A DNA stretch of 64,000 bases from Octopus sinensis (GCF_006345805.1 NC_043003.1:15314001-15378000), one strand, 5' to 3'; shown: positions 24,930 through 38,762, counted from the stretch's first letter. Numbers and translations are program-made. The notes: a model not told the origin generated them from the sequence alone.

Positions 24930-27900
24930 GATCATAAGAGAATACACCGGGGGACGTTTAAGATGTAAGAACGATAAAACAGAGCTCCGAAATCTATCCA
25001 CAAACATCGAAAACAAGGACATCGTATGGAGCCAAAGATTTACTAACAAAGGATTGGACTGTATCCGAGTAAGTAATACTCATTGAAATTTATTACTATT
25101 TTCGAAACGAAATGATGTATTTTGACTCGATATCATCTCCACCACTAACACAACACATGTAAACATGCGTGGACCATTACGATCCATCAACACCAGATCA
25201 TCCCCGACCCCAAACACCATGTACAAAGGAACTACGAAGAAATTAAATACCACCGATATTATTCAACCCAAGAATAACAATCGGGAGGTACGTACTTTAA
25301 ACTTACAACACAAAATGTACGAAAAACTACACGTGCAAAAGAATGTGACAACAGAAATGAACGAACCGGTACCCTACGAAAATGACGACCGTCAAAATAA
25401 TGGGCCGGACGTTGTTCCTCATGTCCCGCAAATAAAACCCAAAAGACATAAATGGACACGTGAGGAATACATTTCTATCCTACACGCATACTTCACAGCA
25501 GTGCTCTACCCCAAAACAACACATACGTATGTGTTGTGCTCTACACAACAACACATACGTATAAAATGTGGAAGGAAAATAACATAAATATAGACTTGGA
25601 TACAGCAATGAACCCTAATAAACTAGCTAACGTACGAAGATACATTCTCAACGCAAAAAAATATCAGAAATAGAAATAGAACATCTAAAAGAAAAAATAC
25701 ACCAGGAAAATGTAGATAGAAGCCACACAACAATGCCCAATAATATAAACACTGAAACAGTAAAACACGAAGACAAACGTAACATTCCCAACAAACACGA
25801 TGTAAACAAAAAAACAACAAACCCAGACCGTAAGGATGCATAATAATACACGACAAACAGCAAGCCAAAACACGGCAAACAAACATATAAATAAGAAAGA
25901 AAGCGACACAAATCTAAAACCTGGAAACAACGAAGGGCAGCCTAATGATTATGATAATATAAAAAGTAAAATAATCAAAGAAATGAAAACCACAGAGCTC
26001 AAAATGGACCACCGACCATACCTCCTAAAAATCAAAATAGACGAAACAACAACACCAATTATAAACAGCATAAACCTAGCCGTCACTGAACTAATAGCCA
26101 CTGAAACAAAAAGTGATATCACTGAGCTAAATGACTTAGTATACGCAGCAGCCACTGCAGCCACAAAAGAAGCTGGATACTCACTCAAACCCATCCAAAC
26201 AGGAGTACCACCACCCAAACAAACCCTGTGGATAAATAACATCCAAAACAAAATACAAAAAATGAGAAAAGATCTGTCTATTCTTAATGAAATCAGTAGA
26301 CAATCAACGCTACTGAGCAACAAAAAGAAAACAAAAATACTCCGCAAATATAACATCACAGAAAAAGATTTATCTGAGATAAAAGAAAAGCTGAAGCAAG
26401 ATATCCTTGCCAAAGCACAAAGGATCCGCCGGTACGAGAAACGTCAGCGCTTCTTTGAACAAAACAAAAAGTTCAACTCCAACCCCAAAAAGTTCTACCA
26501 ACAACTTGGCAAAAATAAAATAGAAATTACTGCAGCACCAACGGCAGAAGAAGTGGAAGAATTCTGGAGAGAAATATGGTCGGCGAACGAACAACCAAAA
26601 AAAAAAAAAAGGAGTATCAAAGCAACAAACTCAGCATCTGAGCAACTTTGGACCCCCATAACAACTGAAGAGGTCACCCAGGCACTGCAAAAACTAAGCA
26701 ACTGGAAGGCACCTGGGCATGACAAGATCCCCAACTTCTGGTTGAAATATCTAACAGGAATGCACAAAAAGCTGGCTGAAAACTTTAACAACATACTAGC
26801 AGAGCCAGAGACAATGCCTGAATGGCTCACGAAGGGGAAAACCATCTTAATTCCCAAATCAAATGAAACAGCAAAACCAGAAAACTACAGACCAATAACC
26901 TGCCTCCCTACTATGTTCAAGGCATTTACTGCAGTGATATCGCAAAGGCTGAACAAGCACCTGGACGAAAACAAACTGTTTCCAGAAGAGCAGAAAGGAT
27001 GCCGCAAAGGCTCATATGGCTGTAAAGACCAACTAATGATTAATAAAGCCGTAACTGAAGACAGCCACAGAAAGAAGAAAGGCCTCAGTATGGCCTGGAT
27101 TGACTACAAAAAGGCGTTTGATAGCATCCCCCACACATGGATCCTCGAAACACTAGCCATTAACAAAGTAGCACCAACAATCACAAAATTCATAGAGCAC
27201 TCTATGAATAAATGGCAAACCGTGCTACAGCTCCAAACAAAAAAGGGACTCATGAAAACCAAAGCCATCCCCATTAGAAGAGGAATATTCCAGGGAGACA
27301 CGCTCTCTCCACTCCTTTTCTGCTTGGCACTGTCACCTCTGTCTGATATGCTAAATAGAACTGGATGCGGATATAAATGTTACGGCAAAACGATCAGCCC
27401 CTTTTTATATATGGATGACCTAAAACTATACGCTGCAAATGACAAACAGCTGGAAACACTATTAAGACAGATCATGGATTTACCAAAGAAATAGATATGA
27501 AATTTTGATTAGAAAAATGCGCCAAAGTAACCATGAAAAGAGGAAAACTAGTTAAGAGTAACTACATCACACTAGATAAAACCAATGAAATAAAGATTAG
27601 ACCAGAGCCAAACTTACAAATACTTAGGATCCATGAACTAGATAAGACAAACACACACAAATGAAAGAGAAAATAAAAAAGAATATTATAGACGAGTTAG
27701 ATCAATACTAAAAACAGAGCTCAATGCTAAAAACAAGATAATAGGTTTTTAACACTTTAGCTGTCCCAGTTATAAGTACAGCTACAATATCCTTAACTGG
27801 ACACTAATGAACTGACCAAAATAGATAGGAAAACAAGAAAAATAATGACAGGATCTAGGATGCATCACCCAAAATCTGACATAGAAAGACTATATATACA

Positions 27901-29055
27901 ACGTATAGAAAGTGGTAGAGGCCTTATACAGCTGGAAAACTACTATAAAATAACCACTATAGGACTGCAAAAATATCTACTTCAGAAGGAAGGAAAACTG
28001 ATACAAATAGCGGCAAAACACGAGCAAAACAAAAAAACTGTTCTCGGTATTTAAGGAAGCTGACAAATACAAACAAGAAATCATACCACCTAATAAATAT
28101 GAAGAACTAGAAGAAGAAGATGAAGAAACAACAAAAGCTATAAAACAAATGAAATCCAAACTAAAAATAGAACAGCAACGAACCATGATAAAACGATGGC
28201 AAGAAAAGCCCCTTCATGGTAAATACTGCACTAAACTAAACGCAAAAGAAATAGACAAAGAAAAATCCCAGCAATGGTTGAGAAGCTCAGGACTCAAAGC
28301 AGAAACAGAGGGATTTTTAATTGCAGCACAAGACCAAAGCCTCCCCACCAGAAATTACCAAAAACATGTAATGAAAAGAAATATTACAAGTAACTGCAGA
28401 ATATGTGGAGATGGACAAGAAACAATAAATCATATTATCTCTAGCTGCCCAGTCCTGGCTAAGAAGGAATATATTCACAGACATGACAGAGTTGGAACCT
28501 ACATACATTGGAAGCTATGCCACATTATGGAATAAACAACAAAAAAAGATGGTATAGGCCACCACCAGGAAAGGTCACAGAAAACGAGAAAGCAACCATA
28601 CTCTGGGATATCCGATACACACCGATAGAGAAATTAAGGCCAACAGACCAGATATAGTTGTCAGAGATCATGAAGAAAAAAATGCTTTCTAATTGATGTA
28701 TCAATACCGGCTGATGACAAAGTGTCTCTAAAAGTAATGGAGAAACTCTCAAAATACAAAGACCTGGAATAGAGGTAACTAGAATGTGGAATCTGAAAAC
28801 AGAACAATTCCTATCATAGTAGGTGCATTAGGCATGATAAAAAAATATTCAAACAAAACATAACAAAAACACCAGACTTACAAACACATATAACATACAG
28901 AAAATTGCACTACTAGGCACTGCACACATCCTACGCAGAACACTTTCCATACAATAACCATCAGAGCATCACAACAAATCACAGCACACATACCCAAGGC
29001 ACACAGAGCTGCGCTCGGTAGTGAAGTGAAAGCACGCTATAAAATAAAACTACTG
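24930..29055 (+). mobile_element. Near-full-length R4/Dong-clade non-LTR retrotransposon (Dong-1)
   Basis: Single ORF architecture: N-terminal RHKWTREE, RT (KAPGHDKIPNFWLK, YRPITCLP, WIDYKKAFDSIPH, GIFQGDTLSPLLF, YMDDLK), CCHC (CRIC...ETINHIISSC), RLE (RPDIVV...IDVS); flanked by (AAT)n. Confidence 0.95.
25165..28957 (+). pseudogene. Dong-1 RT-RLE polyprotein broken by frameshifts (largest piece 25836-27494)
   Basis: ORF track pieces 25165-25587, 25836-27494, 27845-28054, 28149-28535; terminal TAA at 28955-28957. Confidence 0.9.
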
Positions 29056-29097
29056 AAATAATATAATAATAATATAATAATAATAATAATAATAAAT

Positions 29098-29648
29098 GCC
29101 CTGATGCAGTACCAGGCAGTGGCTCTCATGGCTTCTGATCTTAACTGATTGGAAGTTTATCATGTACATTGTTTTGTCTTGGTATAAAAGATGGGCTACA
29201 GCAAATATTCTGCTCAATACCACAGATTTGCTTGTCAGTTGTTTGACCTTAACCAGTTGAGCATGTCCCTTAGTGGCTGACGATATGTGCATCTCTGATC
29301 ACGAGCAGAAGTAGTGGGGGAGCATCATAGCCATGAGTTGAGAGGGATTCTTTGGGGTTGAATAATTCACCTCTGAAACATGGGTGGTTCTTTCAACATC
29401 CTTAAACAATCCTTATTCAGGGACCTTTTGAGCGGGATGGGCTACTCAACCTGAAGAAAATTCTAACTGGGGCCCCACCTGCAAGGTCATTGCCTGTTTA
29501 TCTTGATATGAGATCACATGTCGCGCACATATGGTTGTGATGCATGTGCCTGGTGTACCTTTATCAGACGGGTAGTCATGATGGGTATATTGGGCTTCGT
29601 ATATTTTACCCCAGTGTCACTTTGATGGCATGCACTGCTCTCTCACTC
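29098..29648 (+). mobile_element. Element E copy 1 (non-coding, ~550 bp)
   Basis: gccctgatgcagtacc...ctctctcactc followed by AATAAT. Confidence 0.9.
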
Positions 29649-29670
29649 AATAATAATAATAATAATAAAT

Positions 29671-30194
29671 GCCCTGATGCAACATTAGGCAGTGGCTCTT
29701 ATGGCTTCTGATCTTAACTGATTGGAAGTGTTATCATGTACATTGTTTTGTCTTGGTATAAAAGATGGGCTACAGTAAATATTCTGCTCAATACCACTGA
29801 TTTGCTTGGCAGTTGTTTGACCTTAACCCGTTGAGCATGTCCCTTAGTGGCTGACGATATGTGCATCGCTGATCACCAGCAGAAGTAGTGGGGGAGTATC
29901 ATAGGAATTCTTTGGGGTTTGTAATACTCACGTTTCGAAACATGGGTGTTTCTTTCAACATCCTTAAACAATCCTTATTTAAGCCGATGGGCTACTCAAC
30001 CAGAAGAAAATTCTAACTGGGGCCCCACCTGCAAGGTCAATAGCTGTTTATCTTGATATGAGATCACCATGTCGCGCACATATTGTTGTGATGCATGTGC
30101 CTGGTGTACCCTTATCAGACGCGTAGTCATGATGGGTATACTGGGCTTCGTATATTTTACTCCAGTATCACTTTGATGGCATGAACAGCTCTCA
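29671..30194 (+). mobile_element. Element E copy 2
   Basis: Same 5' boundary as copy 1; small internal deletions. Confidence 0.9.
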
Positions 30195-30344
30195 GTAGTA
30201 ATAGTAATAATGATGATGATGATGATGATGATAATAACAATAATAATAATAATATAATAATATAATAATAATAATAATAATAATAAATGCATGAGCAGTG
30301 GTAAAAGGGATATCGCTTTAAAAAGAGAATCAGAGACATATACT

Positions 30345-30558
30345 TTTCTACTCTAGGCACAAGGGCCGAAATTTTTTTGTAGGGTGGGGCCAGTCGATTA
30401 CATCAGACCCAGTACGTAACTGGTACTTAATTTATCGACCCCCGAAAGGATGAAGGGCAAATTCGACTGCGGTGGAATTTAAACTCACAACGTAGCGGCA
30501 GACGAAATACCGCTACGCATTTTGCCCGGCGTGCTAACGTTTCTGCCACCTCAACGTC
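30345..30558 (-). mobile_element. SINE-B2
   Basis: Complete head and B2 tail. Confidence 0.8.
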
Positions 30559-30706
30559 TTGAATCAGAGCCGCATAACAATGAAGACATAAGCGCAGACA
30601 TGGCTGTGTGATTAAGAAGCTGGCTTTGCAAGCATTTGGCTTTAGTGTTCAATCCCTAAGTCTAGCATCATGGGCAAGCGAATTGTTGTTGTTGTTGCTG
30701 CTGCTG

Positions 30707-32132
30707 TCCTCCTCCTCTTCCCCTTCCTCTTCCCCTTCCTCTTCCCCTTCCTCTTCCCCTTCCTCTTCTCCTCCTCCTCCTCCTCCTCCTCCTCCTCCTC
30801 CTCTTCCTCTTCCTCCTCTTCTCCTCTTCCTCGTCCTCTTCCTCTCCTCTTTCCTCCTCCCCTCCTCCTCTTCCTCTTCCTCCTCTTCCTCTTCCTCTTC
30901 CGCTTCCTCCTCCTCCCTCTTCCTCCTCCTCCTCCTCCTCCTCCTCTTCTCTTCCTCCTCTTCCTCCTCCTCCCATCCTCTTTTCCTCCTCCCCTTCTCC
31001 CCCCCTCCTCTTCCTCTTTCTCTTCCTCCTCTTCCTCTAACTCCTCTTCCCTCTTCCTCCACTTCCTCTTCCCTCTTCCTCCACTTCCTCTTCCTTCTTC
31101 CTCCTCTTCCTCTTCCTTCTTCCTCCTCTTCCCTCGTCCTCCTCTTCCTCTTCCTCTTCCTTCTTCCTCCTCTTCCTCTTCCCTCTTCCTCTTCCCTCTT
31201 CCTCTTCCCTCTTCCATCTTCCCTCTTCCTCCTCTTCCTCTTCCCTCTTCCTCCTCTTCTTCTCTTCCTTCTTCCTCCTCTTCCTCTTCCCTCTTCCCTC
31301 TTCTCTTCCTCCTCTTCCCTCTTCCTCCTCTTCCTCTTCCCTCTTCCTCCTCTTCCTCTTCCCTCTTCCTCCTCTTCCTCTTCCCTCTTCCTCCTCTTCC
31401 TCTTCCCTCTTCCTCCTCTTCCTCTTCCCTCTTCCTCCTCCCCTCCTCTTCCTTTCTCTCCCTCCTCTTCCTCTCTTCCTCTTCCCTCTTCCCTATTCCC
31501 TCTCCTCCTCTTCCTCTTCCCTCTTCCTCCTTCCTCCTCTTCCTCCTCTTCCTCTTCCCTCTTCCCTCTTCCCTCTTCCTCCTCTTCCTCTTCCCTCTTC
31601 CTCCTCTTCCTCCTCTTCCTCCTCTTCCTCTTCCCTCTTCCCTCTTCCCTCTTCCTCCTCTTCCTCTTCCCTCTTCCTCCTCTTCCTCTTCCCTCTTCCT
31701 CCTCTTCCTCCTCTTCCCTCTTCCTCCTCTTCCTCCTCTTCCCTCTTCCTCTTCCCTCTTCCTCCTCTTCCTCTTCCCTCTTCCTCCTGTTCCTCCTGTT
31801 CCTCTTCCCTCTTCCTGCTCTTCCTCCTCTTCCTCCTCTTCCTCCCCTTCCTCTTCCTCCTCTTCCTCCTCTTCCTCCTCTTCCTCTTCCTCCCCTTCCC
31901 CTTATTATTCCTCTTCCTCCCATTCCTCTTCCTCCCCTTCATCTTCCTCTTCTTCCTCCCCTTCCTCTTCCTCCTCTTCTTCCTCTTCCTCTTCCTCCCC
32001 TTCCTCTTCCTCCTCTTCTTCCTCTTCCCCTTCCTCCCCTTCCTCTTCATCTACCCCCTCGTCCTCCTCATCGTCCTCCTCCTCCTCGTCCTCCTCGTCC
32101 TCGCCCTCCTCCTCCTCCTCCACCTCCTCCTC
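30707..32132. repeat. 1.43-kb polypyrimidine/polypurine tract ((CCT)n, (CTTCCT)n, CCCCTTCCTCTT)
   Basis: Plus strand is almost exclusively C/T. Confidence 0.97.
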
Positions 32133-32135
32133 ACT

Positions 32136-32400
32136 GGCGAGCTGGCAGAAACGTTAGCACGCCGGGCGAAATGCGTAGCCGTATTTTGTCTGTCGTTACG
32201 TTCTGAGTTCAAATTCCGCCGAGGTCGACTTTGCCTTTCATCCTCTCGGGGTCGATAAATAAAGCACCAGTTACGCACTGGGTCGATGTAATCGACTCAA
32301 TCCCTTTGTCTGTCCTTGTTTGTCCCCTCTATGTTTAGCCCCTTGTGGGTAGTAAAGAAATAAATATTTCGTCTGCCGCTACGTTCTGAGTTCAAATTCA
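32136..32400 (+). mobile_element. SINE-B1 followed by the start of a second, headless unit
   Basis: Tail aaagaaataaa followed by tatttcgtctgccgctacgttctgagttcaaattc. Confidence 0.9.
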
Positions 32401-32557
32401 GTACTCATAGTATACATTGGTAGCCATTAAACTAAACTCAATAGTTCGTTCATTTTTTTTTTTATAAGTTAAATTAAAATACATGGGTAGTAATAATTCT
32501 CACATCGACAATGCTCTTGATGTACCAGTTATTATTATTATTATTATTATTATTATT

Positions 32558-33042
32558 GAGTGAGAGAGCAGTTCATGCCATCAAAGTGACACTGGGGTAA
32601 AATATACGAAGCCCAATATACCCATCAAGACTACCCGTCTGATAAGGGTACACCAGGCACATGCATCACAACCATATGTGCACGACATGGTGTTCTCATA
32701 TCAAGATAAACAGCGCATGACCTTGCAGGTGGGGCCTAGTTAGAATTTTCTTCTGGTCGAGTAACCCATCCCGCTCAAAAGGTCCCTGAATAAGGGTTGT
32801 TTAAGGATGTTGAAAGAACCACCCATGTTTCCAGAGGTGAATTATTCAAACCCCAAAGAATCCCTCTCAACACACGGCTATGATGCTCCCCCACTACTTC
32901 TGCTCGTGATCAGAGATGCACATATCGTCAGCCAATAAGGGACATGCTCAACTGGTTAAGGTCAAACAACTGACAAGCAAATCTGTGGTATTGAGCAGAA
33001 TATTTGCTGTAGCCCATCTTTTATACCAAACAATGTACATGA

Positions 33043-33044
<2 letters not shown>
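32558..33044 (-). mobile_element. Element E copy 3 (5'-truncated)
   Basis: Reverse complement of E; 3' end cactc followed by AAT on its sense strand. Confidence 0.9.
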
Positions 33045-33120
<76 letters not shown>

Positions 33121-33245
33121 GCAGTTAAAAAGTAAATTTTAAAACTTTTAGTTCAAATTTTATACAAGGGGAAGAACTAATCAATAAGTTGTCTTTTGTT
33201 CTCTCCCTTGCATCAAGCGTGTATTGTTAACCATTCATTTACAGT

Positions 33246-33634
33246 TACTCTTTTACTTTTTTACTTGTTTCAGTCATTTGACTGTGGCCATGCTGGAGCA
33301 CCACCTTTAGTCGAAGAAATCGGCCCCAGGACTTATTCTTTGTAAGCCTAGTACTTATTCTATCGGTCTATTCTGGGGAACCGCTAAGTTACGGTGACAT
33401 AAACACACCAGCATCGGTTGTCAAGCGATGTTGGGGGGACAAACACAGGCACACAAACGTATACACAAACACACACACACACGTTTATACGACGGGCTTC
33501 TTTCAGTTTCCGTCTACCAAATCCACTCACAAGGCATTGGAAGACACTTGCTGAAGGTGCCACGCAGTGGGACTGAACCCAGAACCATGTGGTTGGTAAG
33601 CAAGCTACTTACCATACAGCCACTCATGCGCCTT
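33246..33634 (-). mobile_element. SINE family A
   Basis: Collinear, with an internal deletion. Confidence 0.85.
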
Positions 33635-33649
33635 GTTAACTGGAGCTGA

Positions 33650-33955
33650 GGGAAAGCAGATTGAAGAAGAGATAACTTATGCAGAATAGCGATGGGTGTA
33701 TGTACCAGTGAGGTAGGTACAACAGCTATAACTGGAAAGACTAGACAGCGTACCTCAAGATTCCAGCGGACAAAATGGAAAAGGTGCTGCTCTGGAAAAT
33801 GGCGAGGGAGAACGCGCTGGAACAGCTTCGACTGAAAGGGCTTTCAGTTGCAGATAGCTATCACCACCTCGTTAGCGGCGTGCAAGGATGTAGTCTGGCA
33901 GCCAACGACGCCGGAGGTCTCCACTGTCACAGGTTCTGCCACAAATCTGTTAGAT
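33650..33955 (-). mobile_element. CRE/NeSL-like RLE LINE 3' relic
   Basis: Minus strand FVAEPVTVETSGVVG, then after a frameshift LFQR(F)SLAIFQS, resembling the end of CRE-type RLE domains. Confidence 0.45.
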
Positions 33956-34135
33956 TTGGCTCCTTACCACACAACCATATATGTATAGTAGAATCTCGGT
34001 TTTCGAACTCTGATCACGCATAAATCGTACTTTATCTCCTGTTTTTCTCATATTCATCTAATACAGTAGTACCTCGGTTTACGAACGCCTCTGATCAGGA
34101 ATAAATCGTGCTTTATATATAACTATATCTATCTA

Positions 34136-34545
34136 GGCGCAGGAGTGGCTGTGTGCTAAGTAGCATGCTTACCAACCACATGATTCCGGGTTCAGTCCCA
34201 CTGCGTGGCACCTTGGGCAAGTGTCTTCTACTATAGCCTCGGGCCGACCAAAGCCTTGTGAGTGGATTTGGTAGACGGAAACTGAAAGAAGCCCGTCGTA
34301 TATATGTATATATATATGTGTGTGTGTTTGTGTGTCTGTGTTTGTCCCCCCAACATCGCTTGATAACCGATGCTGGTGTGTTTACGTCCCCGAAACTTAG
34401 CGGTTCGGTAAAAGTGACCGATAGAATAAGTACTAGGCTTACAATGAATAAGTCCTGGGGTCGATTTCCTCGACTAAAAGGCGGTGCTCCAGCATCGCCG
34501 CAGTCAAATGACTGAAACAAGTAAAAGAGATAAAAGAGAAAGAGA
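34136..34545 (+). mobile_element. SINE family A, full length
   Basis: ggcgcaggagtggctgtg...gactgaaacaagtaaaagag. Confidence 0.92.
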
Positions 34546-34618
34546 TCTATATTACGATTTATTCGAGAACAGATTTATTCGAAAACCGTGGTACTACTGT
34601 GTGTGTGTACACACACAC

Positions 34619-34687
<69 letters not shown>

Positions 34688-34740
34688 ACACCACACACAC
34701 ACACATCGGTAGATCCTGATTCGTTCTCCTACTTTTTATA

Positions 34741-35132
34741 GGCGCAGGCGCCGCTTCGTGGTAAGAAGCTTGCTTCCGAACCACATGGTTCCGGGTTCAG
34801 TCCCACTGCATGGCACCTTACGCAAGTGTCTTCTACAATAGCTTCGGGCCAAAGCCCCTGTGAGTGGATTTGGCAGACGGCAACTGAAAGAACACCGTCG
34901 TATATATATACTCTTTACTCTTTTACTTTTTTCAGTCATTTGACTGCGGCCATGCTGGAGCACCGCATTTAGTCAAGCAAATCGACCCCGGGACTTATTC
35001 TTTGTAAGCCCAGTACTTATTCTATCGGTCTCTTTTGCCGAACTGCTAAGTGACGGGGACGTAAACACACCAGCATCGGTTGTCAAGCAATGCTAGGGGG
35101 ACAAACACAGCACACAAACATATACAAACACA

Positions 35133-35177
<45 letters not shown>

Positions 35178-35424
35178 TATATATATACATTTATACGACA
35201 GGCTTCTTTCAGTTTCCGTATACCAAATCCACTCACAAGGCATTGGTCGGCTCGGGGCTATAGCAGAAGACACTCTGCCCAAGATGCCACGCAGTGAGAC
35301 TGAACCCGGAACCATGTGGTTGGTTAGCAAGCTACTTACCACACAGCCACTCCTGCGCCTATATATAATACGTGTATATGTCTGTGTGTTTGTGTTCGTC
35401 CCCCTACCATCTCTTGACAACCGA
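34741..35424 (+). mobile_element. Older SINE-A split by a nested SINE-A and cut by a Penelope insertion
   Basis: Head at 34741-34910; body resumes at 35370-35424. Confidence 0.75.
34911..35360 (-). mobile_element. SINE family A nested in the internal (TA)n of another SINE-A
   Basis: Complete element flanked by tatata on both sides. Confidence 0.88.
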
Positions 35425-37495
35425 TAAGGGAGGCGCTATTGTAATTATGGACAAAAGTGAGTATATTTCGGCTTGAGAAGTTTTAAGTGGCAAAACTCAT
35501 TTGAAGAATTACCTGTCGATCTAAACCCCAATTACAGAGAGTAACTTGACAAAACGGATTCTAGAAATGGTGGAAAACAATTTCATTAATAAGGACTTAT
35601 CTAGGATTTTCAGAAAGAAGCACACCTCTGTTTTATGGTCTCCCCAAAATACACTAAAAGTTCGAAAGAGTTCCTCCAATGCGCCCAATTTGCAGTGGAT
35701 ATGAATGTTGTACAGCCAAAATTTCGGAATGGTTGGATGGCTTTCTTCTCCCTGTCGCAAAAAGATCAATTTCCTTTATTCGGGATACTTTTGATTTTGT
35801 GTCTAAAAGCTATGTCGAAAACTGTTTTTTTTTTTGGTAACCATGGATGTTTCTTCCTCATATCCCAATATGGACCCCGATGAAGAAGTAGAAGCATGCA
35901 TGAATGCCCTCGAAAAGCGGTCAAACAAAAGTATTCCATTTGGACAAAAATTTTACCACCAGGCTATGGGTTGCACCATGGGTACCTCGTGGCAGTTAAT
36001 TTCGCTAATATTTTCATAACGAAATTCGAGACACAGTTACTGAAGACATTCAAATCCCTACATGGTCATGAACCAATACTCTGGTTACGGTTCATTGATG
36101 ACGTTTTTTTCTTGGGAGAAGGATCACAGAATAGTTTAATTGACTTCTTGCATTTCTGTGACTGTTATGCTAAAATCTATGGCTTTAAGTCCAACATAAA
36201 ATTTATGTCTAGTTTTTCAAAAACTAGCATTGAATTTTTGGACACAAAAGTTAAGTTTTCTGGGGGTAGAATAGTGACAGAGTTATTTGCAAGCCCACGT
36301 CATCCCAAATTTATCTCCATCACCGCTCCGATCATCCAAGTCATATAATTCGGTCAAATTCGAAATCCCAATTTTTGAGGATAAAACAGATTTGTACTGC
36401 CATAGGGGATTACTGGAAACATGCAAATGCTTTTGTACACCATCATGTCAAACGCAGTTACAGTGAATCACACATGGTTAAAGGAAATTGCAAATGACAT
36501 AACTAAGATTAGCAAAGAAAGTCAAAATGACAGGCATGATTTTAGCAAACACAATACAATATCTGACAGAATTCCTTTAGTGATTAACTGGCACCGAAAT
36601 TTCGGTGGCATTTCAAAAGTGTTACATGAAAGATACCAGTATGTCACGGAAAAAATATCTTCGTTTCAAACAAATATTTCCTCAGCCGCATATTGTAGCC
36701 TTTAGACGGAATAAGAATATAAGAACAATTAACCTCTACTTCTGACGCCAAGAAAAAACATTGGAGGTTCTCATGCTGTACCTTGAAAAACAGCCGCAAA
36801 AGAAGTAAGCCCTGTTCATTGTGCAACAACATGAACAAAATGAATTCCATCAGGGATCATAACAAAAATATTATGAATTACACGGAAGGTGGGACGTGTA
36901 GAGATTCCCATTTGGTGTACGCAGCAGAAGGCACGAAACACAACTTTATTTATTTTGGTTGTACAACAGAACAATTAAACAAACGATTCAGAGGGAACAG
37001 ATACGACGTCAGACATAATAACAGTAGTTTGACAGAACTTGCCGAACATTTTGCATCGAACGGCTGCAATTTTGAAAAAGACTTGAAAATGCATATTCTC
37101 AGAAAATATTCTGAATCTGCTACACTTTAAGTACTCAAAATGCATGAGGAGGAATATGTTTGCGGGCTATTAACATCATGCCCTAGATTAATGAATAAAA
37201 CGACAGGAGAATTTCATCATATTTACACAAAACTGTTTGATTAATTATTCTTCTTTCCCTTTTCTTTATTCTTTTCTTTTTTCTTTCTTTTTCTTTTTGC
37301 CAGTTGAAGACTGATGATGTCATTCCATCAACGTGGGGACGCTGTTTGGCCTCGTTCATATTCTGGGTTTGAATTTCTATAATTTTGAATTTTTATGTAT
37401 CACTTATCGTTTTGAACTCGATAGAGACAGGCTAGCTGTCGAAATATTGTTTAACCAATAAAATATCTATTGCAATCGCATCGCGCTATTCATAT
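35421..37495 (+). mobile_element. Penelope-like element, 5'-truncated and frameshifted (RT plus GIY-YIG endonuclease)
   Basis: DKGGAIVIMDKSEYI, FYGLPKIH, VTMDVSSSYPN, QAMGCTMGT, WLRFIDDVFF, FLDTKV; GIY-YIG-like HLVYAAEG..HNFIYFGCT..LNKRF at 36783-37130. Confidence 0.9.
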
Positions 37496-37499
37496 TGTC

Positions 37500-37721
37500 T
37501 AGTAACAACAACAACAACAACAAAAATAACACCAACAACAGCTTCAGCAGCAGTAAGGAAAATAACACCCACAGCAGGAGAAAGAATAAGAACAACAAAA
37601 ACAACAACAATAATAATAATTTACCAATAATAATAATAATGATAGTAATAATAATAATAATTTTTATTATCATTTCTATTATTAAACAGAGGTATTATCA
37701 TTATTATTATTATCATTATTA

Positions 37722-37752
<31 letters not shown>

Positions 37753-37811
37753 CATTATTATTAATATTATTATTATTATTATTATTATTATTATCATTAT
37801 TATTATTATTA

Positions 37812-37847
<36 letters not shown>

Positions 37848-38091
37848 TATTATTATTATTATTATTATTAGTAGTAGTAGTAGTAGTAGTAGTAGCAGCA
37901 GCAGAAGCAGTGACACTAGTACAGTAATGAGATGGTGTAAATTTCAGAGGTTGTGGTGATTTTAACGGAAATGGCAAAACAAGAGGTGGAATGAATTGCG
38001 AGGCGACAAGCTGTTCACATTTCTTATGAAAGGACGCTTAACTCATTGAGGAATTAATCGAATGTGAAATGCTATCTAAACTGATACCACC

Positions 38092-38149
<58 letters not shown>

Positions 38150-38302
38150 GCAACAGAAACTGCAGCAGCAACAGTAACGACAGGTAACATCGATACAACA
38201 AGAGTATCAACGTCGTAACAGTAGGAAACAAGAACGTTTACTAATAAAGCACCAAAATGACAATAATAACTATAAAAATGGCCTCACCACCAGCAACTAA
38301 TA

Positions 38303-38334
<32 letters not shown>

Positions 38335-38342
38335 GATGATGG

Positions 38343-38376
<34 letters not shown>

Positions 38377-38389
38377 AATAATACTAATG

Positions 38390-38463
<74 letters not shown>

Positions 38464-38591
38464 GATGATGATGATGATGATGATGATAATAATAATAATA
38501 ATAAAAATAATGATGATAATAATAATAATATAAAAATAATGATGATAATAATAATAATAATAATAAAATAATAATAATGATGATGATGATG

Positions 38592-38644
<53 letters not shown>

Positions 38645-38762
38645 AATAATACTAATGATAATAATAATAATAATAATAATAATATAATAATAATAATAAT
38701 AATAATAAAATAATAATAATAATAATATGATGATGATGATGATGATGATGAGGATGATGATG

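Noticed and set aside
29098-29200. Hammerhead, C/D-box snoRNA or HDV ribozyme at the 5' end of element E
   Set aside because: The core reads CUGAUGC rather than CUGANGA and has no matching GAAA; the only P1 complement (UCAGGGA at ~29416) lacks an L3/P1.1 context. Not supportable by eye
30608-32206. Long Pro/Ser/Leu-rich or Glu/Arg-rich ORFs (424-532 aa)
   Set aside because: A C/T-only tract cannot contain stop codons on either strand, so the ORFs are compositional artefacts
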